Shown here piece by piece: positions 18,013-29,552 of a stretch of 64,000 bases of DNA. Within the stretch, counting starts at the first letter, position 1, and the number at the start of each line of letters is the position of its first letter. The notes under the pieces are model-generated. The model searched no databases. It was not told where the DNA came from and saw nothing but the letters and a program-made list of their open reading frames with translations. Source of the stretch: an uncultured delta proteobacterium (lineage in GTDB: Bacteria; Myxococcota_A; Polyangia; Haliangiales; Haliangiaceae); the NCBI GenBank assembly GCA_963743525.1, contig CAVUQH010000003.1, positions 352,001 through 416,000 of the forward strand. Reading direction: 5' to 3'. A program made the translations under genes and the position numbers.

Positions 18013-18855
18013 ATGGCGCTGGGCAATCTGGCATCGCGCTTCCTCGTCGCGCTGGTCGGCGTGCCGATCATTCTCGGCGCGGTCTACCAGCAGTGGCACC
18101 ACGGCATCCTCTGGGTGGTGATCTTCGGCGCCTCGCTGATCGCCATGAACGAGTTCTTCGCCATGGCCATCGAGGACAAGACCGACCGCCTGGCCGGCGT
18201 GATCCTCGGCGGACTGGCGTGCGCCGGCTTCTACTGGCTGGGGTTCCAACACGGTGGCTCGCTGGTGGCGATCTTCGGCGCCACGGTGCCGGTCGGCCTC
18301 TACTACATGTTCCGCTTCGGCGACATGAACACGGCGGCGGCGCGCTTCGGTACCACCGTGGCCGGCATCGTCTACGGCGGCCTCTTGTTCACCTTCCTGG
18401 CCATGCTCAAGCGCGACGGCGGAGCGCACGGCGGCGACTATGTCGTGTTCGTGCTGGCCATCGCCTGGGTCGGCGACACCGGCGCCTACTTTGCCGGCCG
18501 CTTCCTCGGCAAGACCAAGCTCTACCCGGCGGTCAGCCCGGGCAAGACCTGGGCGGGAGCGTTCGGCGGCCTGGCCGGCTCGGCGCTGGCGGCCGTCGCC
18601 ATGCACTACCTGCGCATGAAGAACGTGTCGCTGGGCGACATGTTGGCGATGGCGATCCCCGGTGCGGCGCTGGGACAGATGGGCGATCTGGTCGAGTCGA
18701 TGCTCAAGCGCTCGCGCGGGGTCAAGGACTCGGGCTCGCTGTTGCCGGGGCACGGCGGCATCCTCGACCGCGTCAACGCGGTGCTGTTCATCGGCCCGTA
18801 CGTCTATCTCTACGCTGCCTTCGCCATGCCGGAGCTGCACCGGCTGTTCGCGTAG
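18013..18855 (+). CDS. cdsA: Phosphatidate cytidylyltransferase
   Basis: DTGAYFAG, SPGKTW and KDSGSLLPGHGGILDR motifs; follows uppS. Confidence 0.94.
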   Translation: MALGNLASRFLVALVGVPIILGAVYQQWHHGILWVVIFGASLIAMNEFFAMAIEDKTDRLAGVILGGLACAGFYWLGFQHGGSLVAIFGATVPVGLYYMFRFGDMNTAAARFGTTVAGIVYGGLLFTFLAMLKRDGGAHGGDYVVFVLAIAWVGDTGAYFAGRFLGKTKLYPAVSPGKTWAGAFGGLAGSALAAVAMHYLRMKNVSLGDMLAMAIPGAALGQMGDLVESMLKRSRGVKDSGSLLPGHGGILDRVNAVLFIGPYVYLYAAFAMPELHRLFA

Positions 18856-19707
18856 TCACGCCGACTGGCGGACCACGACCGGGCGCAGCTCGAAGGTCTC
18901 GTACGGCATGACCACGCCGGCGGCGCGCAGGGCTTCGAACATCTTCTCGCGCAGCTCGAGGCGCATCGGAATGTGCGCGCGCTCGTCGCTGATCCACGCG
19001 CGCAGCTCGACGACGACGTTGTAGTCGTTGACCGTGGTCACCACCGCGACCGGCGCCGGCTCGGTGAGGTAGCGGTCGTCGCCGGCGATCACGTCGAGGA
19101 GGATGCCGCGCACCCGTGGAAGGTCCTCTTCGACGCCGATGGTCAGGGCGACGTCGAGGCGCAGGTGGGGGAAGTTGGTGTACGAGGCCACGGTGCTGTT
19201 GACGATCGACGCGTTCGGCACCGCCAGCATGCGGCCGTCAACGGTGACCACGCGCGTCGACCTCATGGTGATCTCGGAGACGCGGCCGTACTGACCGCCG
19301 ACCTCGACCAGGTCACCGACGACGAACGGCCGGTCCCAGAAGATGAAGATGCCGGAGATGACGTTGGACAGCGTGTCGCGGGCAGCGAAGCCGATGGTCA
19401 GGCCGGCGACCCCGAGGCTGGTCAGCATCCCGGTGGTGTCGATGCCCACCTCGCCCAGCGTGGCGATCACGCCGATGGTCAGGATCGCGTACTTGATGAT
19501 GGTCTGGATGAACGCGCGCGCGGTGGCGTCGAGGTCGCTCTTGCGCATCGCCAGCGCCGCGATCCGATCGATCGCCTTCCACAAGAGGTAGAAGAAGGCG
19601 AACACCAGCGCGCCGACGACGACGTCGGGCAGGAGCTGGTCGACCAGATAGCGGGAGATGTGCTCCCAGCTGAACAGCTCGCGGAGGCGGGCGCCGAGCG
19701 CGTCCAT
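18856..19707 (-). CDS. Small-conductance mechanosensitive channel (MscS family)
   Basis: GLTIGFAARDTLSNVISG, PFVVGD and VPN motifs. Confidence 0.92.
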   Translation of the reverse strand: MDALGARLRELFSWEHISRYLVDQLLPDVVVGALVFAFFYLLWKAIDRIAALAMRKSDLDATARAFIQTIIKYAILTIGVIATLGEVGIDTTGMLTSLGVAGLTIGFAARDTLSNVISGIFIFWDRPFVVGDLVEVGGQYGRVSEITMRSTRVVTVDGRMLAVPNASIVNSTVASYTNFPHLRLDVALTIGVEEDLPRVRGILLDVIAGDDRYLTEPAPVAVVTTVNDYNVVVELRAWISDERAHIPMRLELREKMFEALRAAGVVMPYETFELRPVVVRQSA

Positions 19708-19719
19708 CGTTGGTCCCGA

Positions 19720-20661
19720 TCAGAGCGTGGCGAGGAAGCTGCGGCCGCGCTCGGCCCACTCCGAGCCGGGGTCGAGGGTGAGGTACTGCTCGAGGTGGTT
19801 GCGCGCCTGGGCGACGCCGCCGAGGCGGGCCAGGATCAGCGCCAGGTTGTAGTGGGCGTCGGCGAAGTCGGGGTGGTTGCGCACTACCCGGCGGAGCTCG
19901 CTGATGGCGTGCTCGGTCTCGCCGACGTCGTGGAGCAGGTTGCCCAGGTTGAAGCGCGCCTCCGGCTGGTGCGGCTCGTACTCGAGGGCGGTCTCGAACG
20001 CCTGCCGGGCCGGTTCGATCTTGCCCCGGCGGTAGAGGATGTTGCCCAGGTTGGTGTGGGCCGCGGCGAAGCTGGGCTCGAGGTCGAGGGCCAGGCGGTA
20101 GCACTGCTCGGCGGCCAGCTCGTCGCCGCGCTCGTCGGCGGCGACGCCGTCGAGGAAGTAGCCGTAGGCCGACGGCGGCTCGTGGGCTTCGGTCGGGCCG
20201 TCGTCAACGGCGGCCGGGACCGGGCTCGGCGCGGCGGTGACCTGCGAGCCCTCGGCGCGCGCCGTCGGCAGCTCGAGCACCTCGGTGACCCGGTTGCGCA
20301 GGCTGTCAACGGCGAACGACATCACCACCTGCCCCGACGACGGCTCGAACACCACATCGTCGTCAACCGCGACCACGGTTTCGCCATCCGAGCAGATGCG
20401 CAGGCGGTTCATCGGGTGGCGTTCGTCGCGGATGATCTCGCGCAGGCCTTCGAGGTTCTTGCGCACGGTCTGCATGCTCAGCCCGCGGCCGAGCAGCTCG
20501 AGAGCGGCCTTGACCGCGATCAGATCTTCGAACCGGTAGTAGAGGCGACCGTTGCGGCGAACGCTGGCGCCGACGAAGCCGGTCTGGATCCAGTAACGCA
20601 GGCGCGACTCCTGCACGCCGAAGATACGCGCGACATCCTTGATGCTGTAGAGCTCGCTCAC
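19720..20661 (-). CDS. MerR-type HTH protein with C-terminal TPR repeats
   Basis: YSIKDVARIFGVQESRLRYW...YRFEDL; TPRs AHTNLG, ARFNLG, AHYNLA. Confidence 0.85.
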   Translation of the reverse strand: MSELYSIKDVARIFGVQESRLRYWIQTGFVGASVRRNGRLYYRFEDLIAVKAALELLGRGLSMQTVRKNLEGLREIIRDERHPMNRLRICSDGETVVAVDDDVVFEPSSGQVVMSFAVDSLRNRVTEVLELPTARAEGSQVTAAPSPVPAAVDDGPTEAHEPPSAYGYFLDGVAADERGDELAAEQCYRLALDLEPSFAAAHTNLGNILYRRGKIEPARQAFETALEYEPHQPEARFNLGNLLHDVGETEHAISELRRVVRNHPDFADAHYNLALILARLGGVAQARNHLEQYLTLDPGSEWAERGRSFLATL

Positions 20662-20663
20662 GG

Positions 20664-21113
20664 TCAGTCCTCCACGGGGGCTTCGATGTCCATGTCCAGA
20701 TGCAGGCTGGCGCCGGTGCGCCGGGTCTTGACGTCGATTTGCGCGGCGCCGATCGGCGACGCGGCCATGCGCCGGGCCTCGCCGACGGCAAGCTCCCTGG
20801 CGCGCCGCAACACGCGCTCGTCGGTGCCGACGAGATCGGCAACCCGCCGTGCCGCGGTCTCGTCGCACGGATCGCTCACCGCGTCCGCGGCGCGACCGAG
20901 ATCGATGGTGACCATCGTCGAGCCGAAGAACTGGTCGTCCTCGACCTGACCTTCTGACAGATGCGACGCGGCGCCGAACAAGATCTCGATCGCCGCGCTC
21001 GACAGCCGGATGCGAATCTCGCGCTCGAACAGCGACACTCGCCGGGCCAGCACCATCGGTTTGCGCGGCGGCGCCGCCACTTCGCACCGCTGCTTCGTTA
21101 CTCTGGAAGCCAT
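20664..21113 (-). CDS. Hypothetical protein (start may be 21056)
   Basis: Host-like codon usage; stop lies 2 nt before the MerR-TPR start. Confidence 0.6.
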   Translation of the reverse strand: MASRVTKQRCEVAAPPRKPMVLARRVSLFEREIRIRLSSAAIEILFGAASHLSEGQVEDDQFFGSTMVTIDLGRAADAVSDPCDETAARRVADLVGTDERVLRRARELAVGEARRMAASPIGAAQIDVKTRRTGASLHLDMDIEAPVED

Positions 21114-21170
21114 GGGCGCGATCGTATCCGTCCCCGACCAAAGAGCCCACTTTTCCGCACATGTAGGACA

Positions 21171-21309
21171 GGGGACGGTCTTAAGTTTCTAACTTCTTTC
21201 CTTAACCATTCCGGGCACTTTTCCGAAATCACTCCCTCCACCATGGAGTGGTTTCATGTAACAAGCTGATTTTGTTCATGAAAAAACTTAGAAACTTAAG
21301 AGCGTCCCC
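21171..21309. mobile_element. 139-bp AT-rich element bounded by inverted repeats (MITE/REP-like)
   Basis: GGGGACGGTCTTAAGTTTCTAA (21171-21192) matches the reverse complement of 21288-21309 at 21 of 22 positions; no target duplication seen. Confidence 0.6.
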
Positions 21310-22696
21310 GGAGTTTGGGGATTTTCAGACGCCAGGGGGGCTGGCGGGGCGGGTGGTGGCGCTGCTGGAGGATGGCGTGCGGGCGGTGGTGGAGCCGACC
21401 TGCGGGCGCGGGAGCTTGCTGGTGGCGGCGCTGGAGCGGTTTCGCGGCGCGCAGGGGCTGGGGATGGAGATCGACGGGGGTCACGTGGCCGACTGCCGGG
21501 CGGCGCTGGCGGCGGCGGGGCTGGCGGCCGACGTCCGGCAGGCGGACTGCTTCCGCGTCGACTGGGAGGCCGAGCTCGGACGGCTGCCGGAGCCGCTGCT
21601 GGTGGTCGGCAATCCGCCGTGGGTGACCAGCGCGGCGCAGGGGGCGACCGGCGGAGCCAATCTGCCCGAGCGTTCGGCGCAGGTCGTGGCTCCGGGCCTG
21701 GACGCGGTCACCGGGGCGTCCAACTTCGACATCTCCGAGTGGATGATGCACCGGCTGGCCACGGCACTGGTCGGCCGTCGGGCGACGCTGGCGATGCTGT
21801 GCAAGACCTCGGTCGCGCGCCGGCTGTTGCGCCGGTTGTGGCGGGACGAGATCACGCCGGCGGCCGAGCTGCTGGCCATCGACGCCGCCGCCGACTTCGG
21901 CGCTGCGGTCGCCGCCTGCCTGCTGATCCTCGACTTTGGCCGACCCGGGGACGCCTCGTGCGCACAGCATGCCGGCCTGGCGCGCGACGCGGCGCCCGCG
22001 CGCTTCGGCTTGCGCGACGGCCAGCTGGTCGGCGACCTCGACGCCTACGCGCGCTGGCGCGACTTCGTCGGCGACGGCCCGCGCTGGCGCTCCGGCGTCA
22101 AGCACGACTGCGCCGCGGTCATGGAGCTCGGCCCCGACGGCGACGGTTGGCGCAACGGCCTGGGCGAAGCGGCCGACGTCGAGCCGGAGCTGCTGTTCCC
22201 ACTGCTCAAGAGCTCCGAGCTCGCCGCCGGCACCGCGCCCCGCCGCCGCCTCCTGTTGCCCCAGCGCGCCACCGGCGACGACCCGGCGGCGTTGCGCGAC
22301 CGCGCCCCGCGCGCCTGGCGCTACCTCGAGCGCTACGGCGATCGCCTCGACGCGCGCAAGAGCAGCGTCTACCGCGGGCGCCCGCGCTTCGCGGTCTTCG
22401 GCGTCGGCGCCTACAGCTTCAGCCGCTACAAGGTCGCAGTCAGCGGCTTCTACCGCCCGGCACGCTTCCGCCTGATCGAACCGGTCGGCGATCGCCCGGT
22501 GCTGTTCGACGACACCTGCTACTTCCTGTCGTTCGACGATCGTGCCCTCGCCGCTCGCGCCCTCGCCGCGCTCGAGTCGGAGCCGGCGCGCGCGCTCCTC
22601 GACGCGCTGACCTTTGCCGATGCCAAGCGGCCGATCACCGCGCGCCTGCTGCAGCGCCTCGACGTCGACGCTCTGGCTACTCGGGAAGCTCGCTGA
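21278..22696 (+). CDS. Orphan amino (probably N6-adenine) DNA methyltransferase, gamma-type motif order
   Basis: FGDFQTP (motif X), VEPTCGRGS (motif I) and GNPPW (motif IV); no nuclease neighbour. Confidence 0.85.
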   Translation: MKKLRNLRASPEFGDFQTPGGLAGRVVALLEDGVRAVVEPTCGRGSLLVAALERFRGAQGLGMEIDGGHVADCRAALAAAGLAADVRQADCFRVDWEAELGRLPEPLLVVGNPPWVTSAAQGATGGANLPERSAQVVAPGLDAVTGASNFDISEWMMHRLATALVGRRATLAMLCKTSVARRLLRRLWRDEITPAAELLAIDAAADFGAAVAACLLILDFGRPGDASCAQHAGLARDAAPARFGLRDGQLVGDLDAYARWRDFVGDGPRWRSGVKHDCAAVMELGPDGDGWRNGLGEAADVEPELLFPLLKSSELAAGTAPRRRLLLPQRATGDDPAALRDRAPRAWRYLERYGDRLDARKSSVYRGRPRFAVFGVGAYSFSRYKVAVSGFYRPARFRLIEPVGDRPVLFDDTCYFLSFDDRALAARALAALESEPARALLDALTFADAKRPITARLLQRLDVDALATREAR

Positions 22697-24443
22697 GCTT
22701 GCAGTCGCCGCCGAGCAAGCCGTCCGCCGGCGGCGTCCACACCGTCGGCTTGACGTCGCGGCAGTAGAAGCGCAGCCGGTTGAAGTCGTGCCACAAGAGC
22801 GTGTTGCGCACGCCGTCGCGATCGCCTTCCACCGGATGCGCCAGCACCGCGCCCGCGGCTGCGCGCCAGGCGACGTCGCCCTTTTCCGCCGCCGCGCGCA
22901 TCGCCGTCGTCGGCGTCTCCGGCGCCAGCAGCGCGAACGGCCCCATCGGCAACACGCGGGCCAGCGTCGCGGCGCCGAGCTCCGGCGACAGCTGCACGTA
23001 GACCGGTCGCCCGGTCGCCGCCAGGGCGGCCAGCGGCAGCGGTCGCCCCAGCTTCAGCGGCGCGTCGATCACCGGCGCCAGCGACGGATAGCGCCGCCGC
23101 GTCTCCTCGGCGGTGCCGGGATAGGTCAGGAACCCCAGGTCGAGCAGCGCGACGTCGGGCCGCGCGTGCTCGAGCGCGTGCATCGCCTCCAGCCGGTAGC
23201 TGGTCTCGAAGTACGACGGCATCAGCACCGCCCGCGGCGGCAGTCGCTCGAGCTCCATCTCGGCCATCCGGTCCGATGCGTCGGCGCCGACCAGCTCGCT
23301 CGACGGCCCGTGCACCGCCGCCTGTAGCGGCACCGTCAGCCAGACCAGCACCAGCGCTGCTGCGACGACGCCGCGCCGCCAGCCGGGCCGGGTGTCGATG
23401 GCCGTGCACGCCAGTGTCGCGACCCCGGCCAGCGCCAGCAGCATCAGCGCGGCGATCGCCGGCAACAGGTAGCCGTGGTGGTCCGGCGTGCGCGGCTCGA
23501 AGCCGACCAGCGCCCGGGCGACCACGCCCAGCGCGACCACGCCGCCGAGGAACGCGAACACCGCCCGCGGCCGCCGCCGCAGCCCGGCGTACAACCCGAC
23601 CAGCCCGAGGACGAACAGCGGCACGCTCGAGTCGTCGGCCAGCGCCACCGCGATCTGCCCGGCGTCCTCGCCCATGCTGGTCGGCCGCTCGGCGCCGACC
23701 GACTTCTGGAACGCCCGCGCGCTCACCGTCCAGGCGAACCGCTCGGCGGTGTGAGGCGCGCCCCAGTTCGGCTCCGGGTGCTGCGCCGATCGCACCGGCA
23801 GATAGAGAAACGACGCCAGCCCGATCATCGCCAGCGCCGCCGCCGCGCCGGTCGCCCGCGCGCTGGGCCGCGCGTCCCGCCCGCGCGCCAACACCAGCGC
23901 CGCCGCCGGCACCAGGACGGTGGCCGCGATCAGGTGGTGGTTGGCCGCCGCCAGCCCGCCGAACAGCGCGCCGAGCAGCAGCCAGCGCGGGTGGCGCCCG
24001 CCCTCCCACGCGATCGCCGACGCCATCGCCCCGACCAGCAGCAGCGACTCCAGCGCGTAGACCTCGGCCCGCACCGCCTGGAACCAGCTGGCCCACGACA
24101 GCGCGAACGCCAGCGCCACCGCCGCGGCCAGCGCCGACCGCACCCGCGCGGGCAGCTGTGGGGCCACCTGACCGAGCAGCGTCCTCCCGGCCGCCCACAG
24201 CGCCGTTGCCGCGCCCGCCCCGGCCAGCCCGGAGGCGGCATTGATGCGAAAAGTCTGGTCACCTACCGGGATCAGCCCCGCCAGGTGACCGAGCAGGACC
24301 GGCAGCGGGTGGCCCGGCGAATGAGGCACCCCCAGGTTGACCGAAGCTGCCACGAACTCAGGAGAATCCAGCCAGCCGATGGCCGGCGAGGCGGTCGCCA
24401 GGTACACGCACAGGGCGGCCCCGAACACGAGGATGCCGGCCAC
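22677..24443 (-). CDS. DUF2723 / TMEM260-like polytopic membrane glycosyltransferase
   Basis: WLDSPEF...LGVPHSPGHPL, AVRAEVY, ANHH and YLPVRS motifs. Confidence 0.75.
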   Translation of the reverse strand: MAGILVFGAALCVYLATASPAIGWLDSPEFVAASVNLGVPHSPGHPLPVLLGHLAGLIPVGDQTFRINAASGLAGAGAATALWAAGRTLLGQVAPQLPARVRSALAAAVALAFALSWASWFQAVRAEVYALESLLLVGAMASAIAWEGGRHPRWLLLGALFGGLAAANHHLIAATVLVPAAALVLARGRDARPSARATGAAAALAMIGLASFLYLPVRSAQHPEPNWGAPHTAERFAWTVSARAFQKSVGAERPTSMGEDAGQIAVALADDSSVPLFVLGLVGLYAGLRRRPRAVFAFLGGVVALGVVARALVGFEPRTPDHHGYLLPAIAALMLLALAGVATLACTAIDTRPGWRRGVVAAALVLVWLTVPLQAAVHGPSSELVGADASDRMAEMELERLPPRAVLMPSYFETSYRLEAMHALEHARPDVALLDLGFLTYPGTAEETRRRYPSLAPVIDAPLKLGRPLPLAALAATGRPVYVQLSPELGAATLARVLPMGPFALLAPETPTTAMRAAAEKGDVAWRAAAGAVLAHPVEGDRDGVRNTLLWHDFNRLRFYCRDVKPTVWTPPADGLLGGDCKLSELPE

Positions 24444-24506
24444 GTTGGAAGTGTACAGCGCCCCGCGCTCGTGTTACCCGTTAGGGCGGCCGAACTTACC
24501 GGATTC

Positions 24507-26039
<1,533 letters not shown>

Positions 26040-26048
26040 AATCGGCTC

Positions 26049-27002
<954 letters not shown>

Positions 27003-27054
27003 GCCCGACGCTCCGCGCCATAGCCACCGGCGCGCCGGGCGCTATACTGCTTCG

Positions 27055-28215
27055 ATGGCTACCGAGCTCAGCCTCGAACTCCTGCAGAAGCTGCCCAAGA
27101 CCGACCTCCACGTCCACCTGGACGGGAGCTTGCGCCTCGACACCGTCATCGACCTGGCGCGCAAGCACAAGGTCAAGCTGCCCACCGAGGACCGCGAAGA
27201 TCTGTTCCGGATGATCTACGCCGGGGACGTCTGCAACTCGCTGGACGACTACCTCAAGGCGTTCGACATCACCCTGTCGGTGCTGCAGACCGAGGAGAGC
27301 CTCGAGCGGGCGGCGTTCGAGCTGGCCGAAGATGCGTGGAAGGAGAATGTCCGCTACATCGAGGTCCGCTACGCGCCGATGCTGCACACCCGCTGGGACA
27401 CCGGTCTCACCGCGGTGGTCGAGGCGGTGCTGCGCGGCCTGCGCGCGGCCAAGCGCGCCTTCGGCATCCGCTACGGCGTCATCCTCTGCGGCATCCGCTC
27501 GATGAGCGCCGAGTCGTCGGTGCGCATGGCCGAGCTGGCGATCGCGTTCAAGAACCGCGGCGTGGTCGGCTTCGACCTGGCCGGTTCCGAGGTCAACAAC
27601 CCGGCCAAGGAGCACCTGCGCGCGTTCCAGCTGATCCTGCGCAACAACATCAATTGCACCGCCCACGCCGGCGAGGCCTACGGCCCCGAGTCGATCGCCC
27701 AGGCGATCCACACCTGCGGCGCCCACCGCATCGGCCACGGCACCCGGCTGGTCGAGGACGGCGACCTGCTCAACTACCTCAACGATCACCGCATCCCGCT
27801 GGAGGTCTGTCCGTCGTCCAACATCCAGACCAAGGCGGCGATCAGCTGGGAGTCGCACCCGGTCAACTTCTTCGTCAACTACGGCCTGCGCGTCACGGTC
27901 AACACCGACAACCGGCTGATCACCGACACCACGGTGTCGAAGGAGCTGTGGCTGTGCCACAAGCACTTCGGCTGGACGCTGGATCAGATCAAGGAGATCG
28001 TGATCGCCGGCTTCAAGAGCGCCTTCCTGCCCTATCGCGAGAAGGCCGACATCCTCAAAGAGATCACCGCCGAGCTCGAGCAGTTCGCCGAGCCGCAGAA
28101 CGGCAAGCGGCGCGAGAAGAAGCAGAAGATCGTCGGCGAGGCGTCCGACGCCGGTTGCGCCATCCCCGAGGCCGAGGCGCCGGCCACCGAGCCGTCAACC
28201 GAGATCATCCGCTAG
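27055..28215 (+). CDS. add: Adenosine deaminase
   Basis: LHVHLDGS, HAGE, RIGHG, EVCPSSN and NTDN motifs. Confidence 0.94.
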   Translation: MATELSLELLQKLPKTDLHVHLDGSLRLDTVIDLARKHKVKLPTEDREDLFRMIYAGDVCNSLDDYLKAFDITLSVLQTEESLERAAFELAEDAWKENVRYIEVRYAPMLHTRWDTGLTAVVEAVLRGLRAAKRAFGIRYGVILCGIRSMSAESSVRMAELAIAFKNRGVVGFDLAGSEVNNPAKEHLRAFQLILRNNINCTAHAGEAYGPESIAQAIHTCGAHRIGHGTRLVEDGDLLNYLNDHRIPLEVCPSSNIQTKAAISWESHPVNFFVNYGLRVTVNTDNRLITDTTVSKELWLCHKHFGWTLDQIKEIVIAGFKSAFLPYREKADILKEITAELEQFAEPQNGKRREKKQKIVGEASDAGCAIPEAEAPATEPSTEIIR

Positions 28216-28234
28216 GACGCGCCTGCCGGCGACC

Positions 28235-28309
28235 TTTGCCCGTACCTCCTCGCTCGGTCGGTTGCGTACCGCAGTACGCGCCCTCCCTCGCTGCGGGGGT
28301 GCGGGCAAA
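28235..28309. terminator. Long branched hairpin between convergent genes (bidirectional terminator or REP-like element)
   Basis: TTTGCCCGTACCTCC pairs with GGGGGTGCGGGCAAA (15 bp, two G-T); apical GCGTAC-CGCA-GTACGC. Confidence 0.6.
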
Positions 28310-28311
28310 TC

Positions 28312-28707
28312 TCACTCGGCAGTCGCGCCCTTCCTGACTGAGAGCTGCAGGTGCAGCTGGGCGGTGCCCTTCAGGCCGTCGGCGTCGGTCACGGTCAGCT
28401 CGATGGTCGCCGGCCGGTCGCCGAGGAAGCGGACCACCGGGTTGGCCGAGTGCTCGTCGCCGCTGTCGAAGCGGAACTCGTCGCCGCGGATCGACCAGGT
28501 GTAGGCAAGCGGCATGGCGCCGCCCGGATCGTCCACCGGGTCGGCCGAAGAGGTGCCGTCCAGGGCAACTGCGGTCTGGAAGCCGTCGTTCTCCGGAATG
28601 GCGCGGGGCGTCGCGTCGGCCCGCGCTACCGGGGGGTGACCATCGTCAAAGGTACAGGCCGCCGGAGCGAGCGCAGCCACCAGGACCAGGGCGCGGATTC
28701 CTACCAT
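28312..28707 (-). CDS. Small lipoprotein with a PKD/Ig-like domain
   Basis: Signal ending PAAC; LDGTSSADP...LAYTW...LTVTDADG. Confidence 0.75.
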   Translation of the reverse strand: MVGIRALVLVAALAPAACTFDDGHPPVARADATPRAIPENDGFQTAVALDGTSSADPVDDPGGAMPLAYTWSIRGDEFRFDSGDEHSANPVVRFLGDRPATIELTVTDADGLKGTAQLHLQLSVRKGATAE

Positions 28708-28736
28708 CGGATGGCCGTGTGTTACCATGGTCACGG

Positions 28737-29552
28737 GTGGACACCAAACGCCACCAGATCTTCCGCGGGTTGATCGACGAGCACTGGCGTCGGGTCTTCA
28801 ACTTCGCCTTCCGAATGACTCTCGATCGCGGGCGCGCAGCCGTGGTGGTCGAAGAGACGTTCCTGCGCGCGTACATCGCCGAGGACGATCTGCCGGACGG
28901 CCCGCGCATGGAAGACTGGCTGCTGCGCATTGCCAACCACGTGCTCGAGCAGCGCCTGCCGCGCACTCCCGAGGTGACGTTCGACATGCTCGACGACACC
29001 CTGCGAAGCGAGGCGACCCGCACGGATGCAGTCCGCTCGCTGGCCGAGCCGACCCGCGATTTCCTGCTGTGGGAGCTCAAGCAGGGCTGCATGACCGCAG
29101 TGGTCAACTGCTTGTCGCCGGGCGAGCGCGCCGCGTTCGTCATGTCGCAGGTGCTGAGGAAGAAGGATGTCGAGGCGGCCGAGGCGCTGGGCATCAGCAA
29201 GAGCGCCTACAAGGTGCGGCTGTCGCGCGCGCGCAAGAAGGTCTCCGACTATCTGGCGCCGCGCTGCGAGCACGTCGATCCGCTCAACCCGTGCCGCTGC
29301 CCGGCGCGCGTCGGCATCGCCCTGCACAAGGGCTTCATCCGGTCAACCGGCGAGATCAACCTGCGCAAGCCGGTGGCCCCGTTCGGCCGCTACGGCACCG
29401 GACCCGAGACCGAGGATGCGCCGCAGCGAGACATCGGCGCGATCTACGGCACCCTGCCCGATCCCGACCCACCCGACGAGCTGCCGACGCACCTGCTCGG
29501 CCTCCTGGAGGCCGGTAAGTGGGACAAGGTTCGCGAGCGCAAGAACGCGTAG
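28737..29552 (+). CDS. ECF sigma factor with a Cys-rich C-terminal extension
   Basis: Region 2 VFNFAFRM..VVEETFLRA..WLLRIA; region 4 AAEALGIS..YKVRLSRARK; CEHVDPLNPCRC. Confidence 0.85.
   Translation: MDTKRHQIFRGLIDEHWRRVFNFAFRMTLDRGRAAVVVEETFLRAYIAEDDLPDGPRMEDWLLRIANHVLEQRLPRTPEVTFDMLDDTLRSEATRTDAVRSLAEPTRDFLLWELKQGCMTAVVNCLSPGERAAFVMSQVLRKKDVEAAEALGISKSAYKVRLSRARKKVSDYLAPRCEHVDPLNPCRCPARVGIALHKGFIRSTGEINLRKPVAPFGRYGTGPETEDAPQRDIGAIYGTLPDPDPPDELPTHLLGLLEAGKWDKVRERKNA

Noticed and set aside
18772..18777. CdsA, the 24507 regulator, GshB and the VWA protein as catalytically altered variants
   Set aside because: Each D-to-N change falls in the same GTCGAC to GTCAAC context, so one systematic cause is more likely than separate functional changes.
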